DNA of 64,000 nt from Promethearchaeota archaeon (GTDB taxonomy: Archaea; Asgardarchaeota; Lokiarchaeia; Sigyniarchaeales; SOKP01): positions 21,291 to 85,290 of the forward strand of contig JAHPZJ010000026.1 of NCBI GenBank assembly GCA_019058245.1, written 5' to 3'. The notes beneath the pieces were generated by a model. The model was not told the DNA's origin and made no database searches. It saw nothing but the letters and a program-made list of their open reading frames with translations. The first letter of the stretch is position 1. Each line of letters starts with the position of its first letter. This document shows positions 29,919 to 40,059 of this stretch, piece by piece. Made by a program: the position numbers and the translations under genes.

Positions 29919-31085
29919 TCAATCAAATAATCCTGCTATTCCCCTCATTTTTGTTTTTATTGCATTATTAGGACATAATTCCGAACAACATAGACAAGAA
30001 ATGCATTTTTTCCTTAAGAATATAGGATAATTGCCTTTTATAAATTTTATTGCTTCTGCAGGACAAATTTCAGCGCATTGACCACATTTTACGCATCTCT
30101 CCTTTATTAGATTGGGTATTTTTTTTATTATTTTATATCCTACATGTCCCGTCATGAAACTAATAACACTTGTAAAGTTATTTCCAGGGACATTAAATTT
30201 AGGAGTCTGATTCTTAGCCTTTTCAAGTGGAACTCCTAAGATTTCTATTTCCTTCAAATTTCCAACCCCTAATTTTCGGTCCATCGCATTTTTAACATGA
30301 GATACGATTTTTGTTTTAACCTTACCAATTTCCAGCGCTACACAATCTAAAGCTAACTCATCTGTTCCCGCAAGAATTAAATCCCATTGTTTCATCGATC
30401 CTCCTCCTGGACCAAACCTTCCCTCCATTATGTTTTGCAAATCATATATGATCAATCTATTTGGTTTGTTTTTTACAACCCATGAAAAATTATCCGCAAG
30501 AACTTCTCCAAATTGTTCAGCAGTTTTCCCTAATAAATGGTATTGAGCTTTTAGCCCTCCCTGAATAATTCCCCAATAATTTTTAATTGCTCCTGTCATT
30601 GTTGCTTCTATATGAGATTTTAAGCGGGGTAAATTAATTAATATATCACATTCTTTAACAGCCTTAGCAACATGTATTTGTTTCAAACGTAAAGCACCCT
30701 CTATCTTTTCAATTATCGGTGTATCACTTTCGAAATCAACGAGTTTTATACCATATTTCTGACAAATTTCAAGTAAACCAATTTTTTCTCCTACATCAGT
30801 AGCAGATTTTCCCTGTTGTCCCGGAGAATCTCCAACAGAAACATTCTCCATAGAAACTCCCTTCTCCTTCAGATAAGAAATTACACCTTCTACAAAACTT
30901 GGTTGAGTACATGCGTTTTTCTTTGAAGTAAGCAAGTTTGGCTTAAGAAGTATTTGCTTTGAATTTTTAAAATTAAATGATAAATTATCTTCTATTAATT
31001 TAATAGCCTCAACTACTGCTTTAGGAATTGAATCAAAATCTTTTACATTTACAATACTTACTTTAGTTAACATCGTTAGACTCAC
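29919..31085 (-). CDS. DUF362 protein with C-terminal 2x[4Fe-4S] ferredoxin domain
   Basis: LLKPNL, GDSPG, INLPRLKSH, TGAIKN; CVKCGQCAEICP and CISCLCCSELCP. Confidence 0.9.
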   Translation of the reverse strand: MSLTMLTKVSIVNVKDFDSIPKAVVEAIKLIEDNLSFNFKNSKQILLKPNLLTSKKNACTQPSFVEGVISYLKEKGVSMENVSVGDSPGQQGKSATDVGEKIGLLEICQKYGIKLVDFESDTPIIEKIEGALRLKQIHVAKAVKECDILINLPRLKSHIEATMTGAIKNYWGIIQGGLKAQYHLLGKTAEQFGEVLADNFSWVVKNKPNRLIIYDLQNIMEGRFGPGGGSMKQWDLILAGTDELALDCVALEIGKVKTKIVSHVKNAMDRKLGVGNLKEIEILGVPLEKAKNQTPKFNVPGNNFTSVISFMTGHVGYKIIKKIPNLIKERCVKCGQCAEICPAEAIKFIKGNYPIFLRKKCISCLCCSELCPNNAIKTKMRGIAGLFD

Positions 31086-31525
31086 TAAATCTCTTTTCCA
31101 TAAATATCATAATTAACTTTATTAACCTTGTTTAAAATTATTAAAGAATTTTATAAAATTTTATTTATTTAATAAAAATGGTATTTTATTAGATTATATT
31201 AGTATAAAATAGATTTCTCCTTTAAATTAAAACTTTTGAATCTGGGAAAAAATCTCAGAAGATTAAAAATATATTAGAAAAGAGATAAAAATTAGTTTTT
31301 TCATTTCATCTTTAATCATTATTAGATTAATTTTTCTTTATAATGATTTTTTAATATTTTCAAGTAAAATCTTATTCATTATTATAATTATCTAATAACA
31401 ATTATTTTTATAATTCTAATATATTATATTTATTAAAAAAAAATCTATTATTTCAAAAAAAAGAATTAAGATCTATCTTTTATTATAGATTTAATATATA
31501 TATATTCAAAAAAAATTTTAAACGT

Positions 31526-32068
31526 ATGATAAAACCTTCAAAATTCCTATTTAAGATTGTGTTTTTCGGGGATGGAGGCGTTGGTAAAACTACGCTAATA
31601 AACCGATATTTAACTGGTGTTTTTAGAGGTGATTCGGAAATTACGATAGGAGTTGACTTTCACGTAAAAAAAATCGATATTGATGGAAAACGAGTTAGTT
31701 TGCAAATATGGGATTTTGCTGGTGAAGATAGGTTTAGATTTCTTATGCCTAGCTATGTTGTAGGTGCTGCTGGAGGTATCTTTTTATTTGATATAACAAG
31801 ATACACCAGTCTAAAGAATTTTACCGATTGGATTGAAATTTTTAAGCAAGGTTATAAAGGAGATACAAATCAATACCCAGTTCTTATGGTAGGAAGTAAA
31901 TTAGATCTAGAATATAAAAGAGCAGTTTCTAGGGAAGAAGCGTTTGAATTAGCTAAAAAGAATAATCTTTTTGGTTATCTTGAATGTTCTGCGAAGAGTG
32001 GTGAAAATGTTAAGGATATATTTGAAGAAATTACTAGATTAGCAATGATGAAATCGGGATTATTATAA
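31526..32068 (+). CDS. Rab-like small GTPase
   Basis: GDGGVGKT, TIGVDF, WDFAGEDRF, GSKLDL, ECSAK. No C-terminal Cys. Confidence 0.93.
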   Translation: MIKPSKFLFKIVFFGDGGVGKTTLINRYLTGVFRGDSEITIGVDFHVKKIDIDGKRVSLQIWDFAGEDRFRFLMPSYVVGAAGGIFLFDITRYTSLKNFTDWIEIFKQGYKGDTNQYPVLMVGSKLDLEYKRAVSREEAFELAKKNNLFGYLECSAKSGENVKDIFEEITRLAMMKSGLL

Positions 32069-32090
32069 CAAAACCTATAACAAAAATAAA

Positions 32091-32954
32091 TTAATTTTTA
32101 ATAATTTCACTTAAATCATTAATGACTAAATCAGGAATTAAGTTTATATCAAAATTTTCAGAATTTCTTGACTTAATTTTTAAATCTTCAATCATTTTTT
32201 GAGAAGTTACCCCTGTTAATACTGCTATAGATATAATCCCAGCGCGATTTCCTGCCAAAATATCGGTATTCAACCTATCCCCAAAAATACACGCATTTTT
32301 AGCAGATACACGAGTATCATTTAATATCATCTTTATGCCAAATGGTTCGGGTTTTCCAAATATTCTTTCTGGATTCGTATTTGTACAAGTTATTAGAGCA
32401 TTTACCATTGCACCTGATCCAGGTTTGAGTCCCCGGGCAACAGGTAATGTAGAATCTGTATTTGTGGCATAAAATTTAGCTTTTCCTTCTAAAATACATT
32501 TTTGAGCAATTGCTAATTTATGATAGTTAAAATCTCTATCAAGTCCAACAATTACAAAATCAATTTCCTTAATGTTTAATGGTTCAGTAATAATCTTATG
32601 ACCAAATGATTGTAATTCCTCTCGTAAACCTCTCTCTCCAATAACAAAAATTTTCGCATTCCTTTTCAATTTTGTAATTTCCGCAGAAGTAATTGAAGCA
32701 CTTGTATAAAAATCAGAAGCATTAGTATTTATCTTAAATTTTTTTAATTTCTCTACATATGTCTTCCTTGTTGCCGTAGAATTATTAGAGTTATAGATAA
32801 CTCTAATAGATTGTTCTTTAAGTTCATAAATTATTTTGTCTGCGTGAGGGATCAATGCATCCCCTCGGTAAATTACACCATCTAAATCAAATATGGCCAG
32901 TTTTATATTTGAAAGTTTATCAATTAATTTTGGCATAGGGCAAACTAAAACCAT
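32091..32954 (-). CDS. HAD-IIA (NagD-like) hydrolase
   Basis: FDLDGVIY, SNNS, ATNTD, FGKP, GDRLNTDI. Confidence 0.9.
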   Translation of the reverse strand: MVLVCPMPKLIDKLSNIKLAIFDLDGVIYRGDALIPHADKIIYELKEQSIRVIYNSNNSTATRKTYVEKLKKFKINTNASDFYTSASITSAEITKLKRNAKIFVIGERGLREELQSFGHKIITEPLNIKEIDFVIVGLDRDFNYHKLAIAQKCILEGKAKFYATNTDSTLPVARGLKPGSGAMVNALITCTNTNPERIFGKPEPFGIKMILNDTRVSAKNACIFGDRLNTDILAGNRAGIISIAVLTGVTSQKMIEDLKIKSRNSENFDINLIPDLVINDLSEIIKN

Positions 32955-34093
32955 CCTACTGGTAATCCTAATAAAAATATAAATAATTGTATGCCTATAG
33001 GTATAAAAATCGGATTTAAAATATTATCAGCCACATATTTTGGAAAATAATCAGTAATGAAGAAAATGATAGCCCCGATTATTGCATAGATGGGGCCTAC
33101 GAGAATTAAACCGATGACATATGCTACAATCATTCCTGCTAAAAATCCTTCAATGGATTTAGTATCCTTACTTCTTACAGTCACTTTATGCTTTCCATAC
33201 CTTTTTCCAATTAAAGCTGCTGCTGCGTCCGAAAGACATGCTATAAGAAGCCCTGCAAAGAAAGCCAAGATAACTATTATCTTTGCCATATAAAGCATAT
33301 ATGAAAAGATGATTCCCGTAAGAATATATATTTGTGGTCCAGTTGCATTTATCTCTTTATTTCTTAACATAGAATGTGTTAAATAGTTGAAAACTGAGTA
33401 TTCTGGGCCCCATATAATTCTAATAATGTCAGATATTATTGCAAACATTAATGAACCAATTAATCCCATCATTATTAGATAATCTATAGCTTGAAAGTCT
33501 CCTGAACTAAATGGATATAACGAAAGTGGACCCCATATAATTTCATAAACTGGAGGAAATTGATTGAATACAACGATTACAGTATCATTAATTATACGAG
33601 CTATTGGATGCAGAAGTGTAAAAAAACCGAAATAACCTAAAATAAGGAGAAAACCCATCAAATGAAAGCTTTTTCTTATCATTTCTTTTTTAACAGGTAA
33701 TTCTTCACGATATGGGCTTGTATTAGATAGTTTTTCGATATACCGTTGTAAAGAATGTTTTTTTCCTACATTACTCTCCACTTTATTTTTATCAAAATCC
33801 ATTTTCTTTATTAATTTCTTAACTATCGTAAAAAAGATAAAATTGATCATTAAATTAATCCAAATCCACCATACCATAAACCCATTATATGGATATGGAA
33901 AAAATCTAACAAGAGAATTATAATATCCAAAAATTAAAAAACAAACTCCACAAATTATTGTAGAAATTCCCCCATATCTATTTTTTCCTTTAAATCCCTT
34001 TCGACCAATATAAATCATTATAATCATTAAAATAAAGAAAGAAAGAGATAATGTTATATTATAAAGATTATCTATAACAGCCCAATAGTCCAT
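32945..34093 (-). CDS. Dolichol/phytol kinase-like membrane kinase (CTP-dependent)
   Basis: RKSFH, LRNKE, DAAAALIGKRYG, KSIEG, DN motifs. Confidence 0.85.
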   Translation of the reverse strand: MDYWAVIDNLYNITLSLSFFILMIIMIYIGRKGFKGKNRYGGISTIICGVCFLIFGYYNSLVRFFPYPYNGFMVWWIWINLMINFIFFTIVKKLIKKMDFDKNKVESNVGKKHSLQRYIEKLSNTSPYREELPVKKEMIRKSFHLMGFLLILGYFGFFTLLHPIARIINDTVIVVFNQFPPVYEIIWGPLSLYPFSSGDFQAIDYLIMMGLIGSLMFAIISDIIRIIWGPEYSVFNYLTHSMLRNKEINATGPQIYILTGIIFSYMLYMAKIIVILAFFAGLLIACLSDAAAALIGKRYGKHKVTVRSKDTKSIEGFLAGMIVAYVIGLILVGPIYAIIGAIIFFITDYFPKYVADNILNPIFIPIGIQLFIFLLGLPVGWF

Positions 34094-34158
34094 GATTAAT
34101 TCAATATAGAATTTTCTTAATTAAATAAATAATTAATAATCTAATAATTATTTTAGCT

Positions 34159-35217
34159 TTGATAATGACTCCTCAAAATAATAATTTCGTTAATGTATTA
34201 TTAAAAGAATCACACTCACCCATTCCAATATATTGCACTGGATACCCTGAGATAGAATTTATCGATAAATATATCAAATGTTATAAAATAGAAACTAACG
34301 ATAAGGAGCATTTGTTAAATTTTAAAAATTATGATATCATTAAAAAAATGGGCTTTGATGCTATTTCTCTCTGGGATTTTCGACGGGGAGAAGGTGGGTA
34401 TTTATTAGATGATCAGAGAAAAGTAGATGGATGGGGACGAATTTATAAAAGAGATTGGTATTCATGGGATGGCGTTTTTAAAGATGAGAAAACTTTAGAA
34501 GATTGGCAGTATTTAAAAATTCCCTCTAAAGAAAAATTAAAAAATTTAAAAGACTTTTTAGCTAAGGAAAAACAGGATTTAGCATACGTTATCTCATTAC
34601 CCGGTCTTTTTGAAAAAACTTGGCAATCAATGGGGTTTTATTATTTCGCTAAATGCCTAAAGAAAAATATTAAATTTGTGGAAAGTGTAGTTTCATTTTT
34701 CTCGGATTATCTGCAGAAATTAATTAGAGCACTTCAAAGTACTGGAGTTGAAAATTTTTTAATAGCTGACGACTATGGTTATAAAAATAGAACTTTTATT
34801 TCTAAAGAAAGATGGCTTCATCTATTTTTTGAAAAATATAATAACATTGTTAACATTATTCAAAAAGAAAAACAGAATTTAATATTACATTCTGATGGGT
34901 ATATCTCTGAAATGATTAGAATATTTATAGATTTAGGATTTAATGGCGTTCAAAGCCTAGAACCTAATTCGGGAGTAGATATTTTTTCTCTTTTTAAAAA
35001 ATTTAAAGATCAGATCTGCTTTATTGGTAATTTAGATATCTCTCTATTATCTTTTGGAACTCCAGAACAGGTAAGAAATTATATTATTAAATTAATTAAA
35101 AAATCAAAAAAATATAATTGTTTTTTAGCAATTTCTCCAACACAACAAATTAATTCAAAATGTAAGTCTGATAATATAAAGACAATGATAGAAACAACTA
35201 AAAATTTTTATTCATAA
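34159..35217 (+). CDS. Uroporphyrinogen decarboxylase / MtaA-CmuA methyltransferase family protein
   Basis: DGWGR, IADDYG, LHSDG, SLEP, CFIGNLD. Confidence 0.85.
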   Translation: MIMTPQNNNFVNVLLKESHSPIPIYCTGYPEIEFIDKYIKCYKIETNDKEHLLNFKNYDIIKKMGFDAISLWDFRRGEGGYLLDDQRKVDGWGRIYKRDWYSWDGVFKDEKTLEDWQYLKIPSKEKLKNLKDFLAKEKQDLAYVISLPGLFEKTWQSMGFYYFAKCLKKNIKFVESVVSFFSDYLQKLIRALQSTGVENFLIADDYGYKNRTFISKERWLHLFFEKYNNIVNIIQKEKQNLILHSDGYISEMIRIFIDLGFNGVQSLEPNSGVDIFSLFKKFKDQICFIGNLDISLLSFGTPEQVRNYIIKLIKKSKKYNCFLAISPTQQINSKCKSDNIKTMIETTKNFYS

Positions 35218-35314
35218 TTTAAAAAGGAACTAATATAGTTATATATATTAACAATCTTATATTTTTTTAAGTTGTATTTAATTCAGAAATTCAATTATAG
35301 AAAGGATTATTATC

Positions 35315-35731
35315 ATGATTATATCTAAAAACGAGATAAATATCCTCGCTATTGTTAACATAATTTTAGTATTTGTATATTGGATAATTGATATTTTACA
35401 TATAATTTTTAGTTCTTTGGATTTTTTTATTCCTATTCCACCATTTTATTTTATATTCATGTTTGCTTCTTCATTGTTAGTATTTCTTAAACATGTAGAA
35501 GCTGCGGTGACATTACAAATAGTGGGAAGTATTATACATATATTCGGAACTTTAGGTTTAGTAGGCGTTTATTCGGCGTTTTCGAACCAAACTTTTTTGG
35601 AATATATATTGAATAATCCATTAAGTATATATTCAATTTTTTTAATTTTTGGATTTTGGATTATTGTTGTTGGATTTATAATATTCTTAAGAAATCAAAA
35701 TCCTCCTTTAGATCAATATACATCAATTTGA
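35315..35731 (+). CDS. Small four-TM hypothetical membrane protein (apparently inserted)
   Basis: 138 aa hydrophobic ORF lying between two copies of the upstream gene's 3' end. Confidence 0.65.
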   Translation: MIISKNEINILAIVNIILVFVYWIIDILHIIFSSLDFFIPIPPFYFIFMFASSLLVFLKHVEAAVTLQIVGSIIHIFGTLGLVGVYSAFSNQTFLEYILNNPLSIYSIFLIFGFWIIVVGFIIFLRNQNPPLDQYTSI

Positions 35732-35737
35732 AAAAAT

Positions 35738-35923
35738 AATCTTAATATCTCTTTTCTAGCATTTGAAATCCCATATCAAGTAAAGCAATCTATTATCAAA
35801 TTGATAAAAAAGTCAAAAAAGTATAATTGCTTTTTAGCTATTTCTCCAACACAACAAATTAATCAACACTGTATACTCCAAAATATTAATGCCATGATAG
35901 AAACCACTAAAATATTTAAATAA
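35738..35923 (+). pseudogene. Orphaned second copy of the 3' end of the 34159..35217 gene (direct repeat of 35029..35217)
   Basis: Translates NLNISFLAFEIPYQVKQSIIKLIKKSKKYNCFLAISPTQQINQHCILQNINAMIETTKIFK*, versus NLDISLLSFGTPEQVRNYIIKLIKKSKKYNCFLAISPTQQINSKCKSDNIKTMIETTKNFYS*. Confidence 0.9.
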
Positions 35924-36145
35924 TAATTATGATAATTACTACAAATAGAGACTTTTTAAAAATAATAACAGTTCTTAAGGTATTTTTTTACAAAAATTTC
36001 AAAAATTAATTAATAAAGAAATAATAATATAATTTATTAGAATTTACAAAATAAAAAAAAATAAATAAAATTAAAATAAGTTAATTATATCTAATATTAT
36101 ATAAGGAAATATACCTTTCGTATATCCTCAAAATTATTAAAAAAA

Positions 36146-36523
36146 ATGATGAATTTGGAACCAACTACTGAGAACTTAGATGATATATTGAAAAAACTGC
36201 TAGCAGCAATACCAGAAGTAAAAGCTGCTGCAATTGTTTCTGCTGAGGGTTTACCCATCGCATCCGCATTACCTCAAGGAGTAGATGAGACGAGGATAGC
36301 CGCTATGACTGCTGCATTACTCTCCTTAGCTGAAAGGTCAGTTATCGAGATGGAGAAAGGTGAGTTCGATCAATTATATGTTAAGGGGAGCGACGGGTAC
36401 CTTTTAGTCTTACAAGCTGGTCCCAATGCTGTATTAACTGTTTCTACAACGAAAGATGTACGATTGGGCTTAATATTTTTAGACTGTAAACGAACCTGCG
36501 AAAAGATCGCAAAATTAATCTAA
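36146..36523 (+). CDS. Roadblock/LC7 (MglB-like) protein
   Basis: AAAIVSAEGLPIASALP...RIAAMTAALLSLAER...QLYVKGSDG...LGLIFLD. Confidence 0.93.
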   Translation: MMNLEPTTENLDDILKKLLAAIPEVKAAAIVSAEGLPIASALPQGVDETRIAAMTAALLSLAERSVIEMEKGEFDQLYVKGSDGYLLVLQAGPNAVLTVSTTKDVRLGLIFLDCKRTCEKIAKLI

Positions 36524-36670
36524 TTAAATTACAATCACATTTTCACTTTTTGAGATTTTTTAATAAATTTTATCATATTTCTCCAATTCTTTTTATGAAA
36601 AAAGCCTTAAATTGGTCTTAATAAAATACAATTTAAATAGATATGTATATTATAATCTTTTGAGATCTAA

Positions 36671-36949
36671 ATGCCAAAAAAAATATGGAAGTACCCAATT
36701 AATACTCAGGAAGTAAATTTTGTACTTGAAATGCCAGAAGGAGCGAAACTATTAAACTTTGATGTTCAAAGAGGTATTCCTACATTATGGGTATTAGTAA
36801 ATCCAAATAATAAGTATGAGAATAGATTTTTCCGATTTATTGGTACTGGAGATATTATCGAAGAAGAAGATGATTTAAACTTTATTGGGACAATCCAAAT
36901 GGCTGATGGTACCCTAATTTTTCATTTATTTGAGGACATAAAAGATTAA
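36671..36949 (+). CDS. Small beta-rich protein of a phage-associated family (DUF7352-like)
   Basis: IWKYP...MPEGAK...LWVLV...GTG...FIGT...IFHLFE pattern, recalled from memory. Confidence 0.6.
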   Translation: MPKKIWKYPINTQEVNFVLEMPEGAKLLNFDVQRGIPTLWVLVNPNNKYENRFFRFIGTGDIIEEEDDLNFIGTIQMADGTLIFHLFEDIKD

Positions 36950-37017
36950 AACATAATGACAAAAAAAAAAAGATATTCAAATTCCTTTTACATGCTTTCT
37001 TCTTAATATCACTAGAA

Positions 37018-37821
37018 CTATAGATTTAATTCTTTTATTACTTCATTTACTTCATAATTTTCATGGACAATCATATACAGACCTTTAACAAATTTCGTAG
37101 GATCATCTGCTTGAAAAACATTTCTCCCATATGCAACACCAGCTCCTCCTACCTCTATTGATTGTTTGGTTATTTCCAAGATTCCTTTAATATCTTTTTT
37201 TTCTCCTCCTGCAATTATGACTGGAGCCATACACCCATCAACAACTTCTTTAAAAGAGTCCGGATCACCGGTCCAATTTGTTTTTACGATATCTGCTCCT
37301 AATTCCGCTGCGATTCTTGCAACTATCTTAACTAATTCGACATCATGCTCATTTTCTATATTTTCACCTCGTGGGTACATCATAGCTATGAGTGGCATTC
37401 CAAGATCTCTACATTCTCTTGATACACTTCCTAGTATTTCAAGCATTTCGGGATCTGATTTGGTTCCAATATTAATATGGATTGAAACTCCATCTGCCCC
37501 AAATTTGACTGCCTCTAGCACTGAATTTACCAAAATTTTATAATTTGAATCAGGACTTAATGCAGTTGAACCTGATAAATGCAGAATTAAGCCAATATCT
37601 GGACCATAACCCCTATGGGCATATAAAGGGATGCCAACATGTCCTAAAACAGCGTTAGCACCACCTAGAGCTACTTTATTTACTATCTCACCTAAGCCTT
37701 TATCGAGTCCCTTAATAGGGCCCAAAGTTAATCCATGATCCATTGCTATTATAATAGTCCTTTTTGTCTCTCTATTGATTATTCTTTCTAACCTAATTTT
37801 TTTACCTATATATCCAGACAT
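37018..37821 (-). CDS. DhnA-type class I aldolase (probable 2-amino-3,7-dideoxy-D-threo-hept-6-ulosonate synthase, or FBP aldolase)
   Basis: AMDHGLTLGP, HLSGST, AMMYPRG, ELGADIVKT, GRNVFQ. Confidence 0.9.
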   Translation of the reverse strand: MSGYIGKKIRLERIINRETKRTIIIAMDHGLTLGPIKGLDKGLGEIVNKVALGGANAVLGHVGIPLYAHRGYGPDIGLILHLSGSTALSPDSNYKILVNSVLEAVKFGADGVSIHINIGTKSDPEMLEILGSVSRECRDLGMPLIAMMYPRGENIENEHDVELVKIVARIAAELGADIVKTNWTGDPDSFKEVVDGCMAPVIIAGGEKKDIKGILEITKQSIEVGGAGVAYGRNVFQADDPTKFVKGLYMIVHENYEVNEVIKELNL

Positions 37822-38037
37822 TTTAAATTCAACTCATATTTAAATTCCATCAGTAAAGAATATTAAAAAAAGTATTAGTATCTTTAATAACTCTCTCTTT
37901 TCAATTTTAAGTTTAGTACTAAAATTAATTATTTTTCAGATTTATATTAAAGCAAAACCACAAACTATTAATTTTTTATTTCATTTGTACAATTACTAAA
38001 CTTCAATAAAATTCACAAATTATGCGGTTATATTCAT

Positions 38038-38640
38038 ATGTTTAGACTCTACACCATCGAAGGAAAGATTGAGATCCCCCCCTTTTTATTTGACCAAGAA
38101 AAAGATGTCAGTGCAAGGATAATACTTTCAGAAGATTATGAAGGGATAATTACTCATGATTATGGATTTATAATAGCAGTTGTAGATGTTCTTGAGGTAG
38201 GAAAGGGGATCATCATACCTGGTAACGCCAATACTTTTCATGAGGTAATTTTTACTATCCTTACTTTCAAGCCAACAGTGTCAGAAGTAGTAGAAGGAAC
38301 TGTTGTTGAAATTGTTGATTTCGGTAGTTTTGTACGTTTAGGGCCGTTAGATGGATTAGTCCATGTGTCTCAAATTTGTGACGATTATATCTCTTATGAA
38401 CAAGTGGGAAATCGATTTATTGGAAAAGAAACAGGAAAAATCTTAGAAGTTAATGATCAAGTTAGAGCAAAGATAATCGCGGTTTCTTTAGGTACAGGAA
38501 GAAGCGGAAAACTTGGCTTAACTATGAGGCAAAAATTCTTAGGAAAAGAAGAGTGGATTGAAAATGATATTGAAGAAACTTATAGTGAAAAGGAAATGAA
38601 ACCCGCTGAATCAAATCAAGATGAAGATGATTCAACATAA
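38038..38640 (+). CDS. rpoE1: RNA polymerase subunit Rpo7 (E')
   Basis: EVVEGTVVEIVDFGSFVRLGPLDGLVHVSQ, LTMRQKFLGK. Confidence 0.96.
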   Translation: MFRLYTIEGKIEIPPFLFDQEKDVSARIILSEDYEGIITHDYGFIIAVVDVLEVGKGIIIPGNANTFHEVIFTILTFKPTVSEVVEGTVVEIVDFGSFVRLGPLDGLVHVSQICDDYISYEQVGNRFIGKETGKILEVNDQVRAKIIAVSLGTGRSGKLGLTMRQKFLGKEEWIENDIEETYSEKEMKPAESNQDEDDST

Positions 38641-38666
38641 TTAAAATACAAATGGAGTGAATAATT

Positions 38667-38855
38667 TTGAAAGAAAAAGCATGCAAAAATTGCCATTTAA
38701 TTACTAAAAACGAAACTATTTGCCCTAAGTGCAAAACACATACTCTAAGCGAAGACTATACTGGAGAGGTAATTATAATTAATCCTCAAGAGTCTAAGTT
38801 CGCTGAGTATCTCAAGATTCATTTTCCCGGTAAGTACGCTTTAAGGGTGCGTTAA
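38667..38855 (+). CDS. spt4: Transcription elongation factor Spt4 (RpoE'')
   Basis: ACKNC...CPKC...PGKYALRVR, directly after rpoE1. Confidence 0.95.
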   Translation: MKEKACKNCHLITKNETICPKCKTHTLSEDYTGEVIIINPQESKFAEYLKIHFPGKYALRVR

Positions 38856-38953
38856 ATTTTAACTAAAAGCAACGGGTTATTCGTTATAATTGTACTTATA
38901 AAAATTCTAAAGTAAATGTTATATAACACTCTTTCTTTATATTCTTGATTTAA

Positions 38954-39541
38954 ATGGAATATAATTTACGAATTCCTCATGAAAAAAGGCATTTATTTAC
39001 AGAGCCTCTTGATATTTTAATTGCAGGTTCTCGAAAGGAAACTATTTCTCAAGTGGAAAATATTTTCCAGGATTATGCAAGAACCAAAAAAGTATTTAAC
39101 TTTTATATTGTGGGGGATATTGTTGCTAAAGATTTTTTATCTAACTCTTTTTTAAAAAAATTCATAAAAATTTGTATTATTGATGAAAAAACACAGAGAA
39201 CTCATATTAACTTAGAATTTGAGGAATTTTTTGAACATACTATTGAATTTCAAAATCCTGATGGAACTATAAATAAAGACTGCTGGAAACTATTTAGAGA
39301 GGTTATAAAATCTGAGAAAAAAACTTTAATTAAAGTAATAGATGGAGAAGAAGATTTATTAATACTCCCTCTCATCCTCGAAATTCCTCTTTTAGTGGGA
39401 ATTAAAAATTTTGCTTTCTATGGTCAACCTCCTATTACAGATTCTAATTTTATGATTCCTGAAGGAATTGTAATTGTTGATATTGATGAAAATAGCCAAG
39501 AAAAAGTTAAAAAGATTATTTCTACAATGGATCAATTCTAA
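38954..39541 (+). CDS. GTP-dependent dephospho-CoA kinase (DUF359)
   Basis: VGDIV, DEKTQR, NPDGTI, DGEEDL, YGQP; conserved archaeal position after spt4. Confidence 0.9.
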   Translation: MEYNLRIPHEKRHLFTEPLDILIAGSRKETISQVENIFQDYARTKKVFNFYIVGDIVAKDFLSNSFLKKFIKICIIDEKTQRTHINLEFEEFFEHTIEFQNPDGTINKDCWKLFREVIKSEKKTLIKVIDGEEDLLILPLILEIPLLVGIKNFAFYGQPPITDSNFMIPEGIVIVDIDENSQEKVKKIISTMDQF

Positions 39542-39691
39542 CATTTTAATTATCTTTCAAAAATTATTATATAGGTCAAATTTACATTAAAAACCAAAAT
39601 TTTATTTTTTATATATTCTTTTGAATGTTATATTATAGTAATTTTTGTTTTTTGTAGAAATAATTTGCTGTAAGAAGGCAGTACGTTTAAA

Positions 39692-40045
39692 ATGACGTTA
39701 AATATTGAAATATTGGATGAAAAAAAAAACCCGTTAATTGACCGAACAGAATTAACAGTTAGAATCGATCATTTTGGAGAAGGAACTCCAAATAGGTTAG
39801 AAGTGAAGAAAAAGATTGCTGCCTTACAAGGTAGTGATGAAAAATTAACAATAATAAAAAAACTCGATACCCATTTTGGAGCATCTCATGCTATTGGTAA
39901 AGTATATATATATGAAAACTCAAAAGATCTAGCCTATTTTGAACCGTTTCATATTCAAGTGCGGAATCTTGAAAAAGAAAAAAGAACAGAAATTTATCAA
40001 TTGAAAAAAAGACATGAATCTTACAAACATCTATTTGAATATTAA
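39692..40045 (+). CDS. rps24e: 30S ribosomal protein S24e
   Basis: NPLIDRTE...TPNRLEV...THFG...IYEN...EP. Confidence 0.95.
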   Translation: MTLNIEILDEKKNPLIDRTELTVRIDHFGEGTPNRLEVKKKIAALQGSDEKLTIIKKLDTHFGASHAIGKVYIYENSKDLAYFEPFHIQVRNLEKEKRTEIYQLKKRHESYKHLFEY

Positions 40046-40059
40046 TTATAATGTATTAA

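Noticed and set aside
12617-32068. A eukaryote-like prenylation/methylation pathway linking the ICMT genes to the Rab- and Arf-like GTPases
   Set aside because: Neither GTPase has a C-terminal Cys/CaaX motif, no prenyltransferase is in the window, and ICMT-family proteins are widespread in prokaryotes.
35029-36949. Prophage or integrative element
   Set aside because: No integrase, transposase, capsid or terminase genes; only a short recombination scar and one phage-family-like gene.
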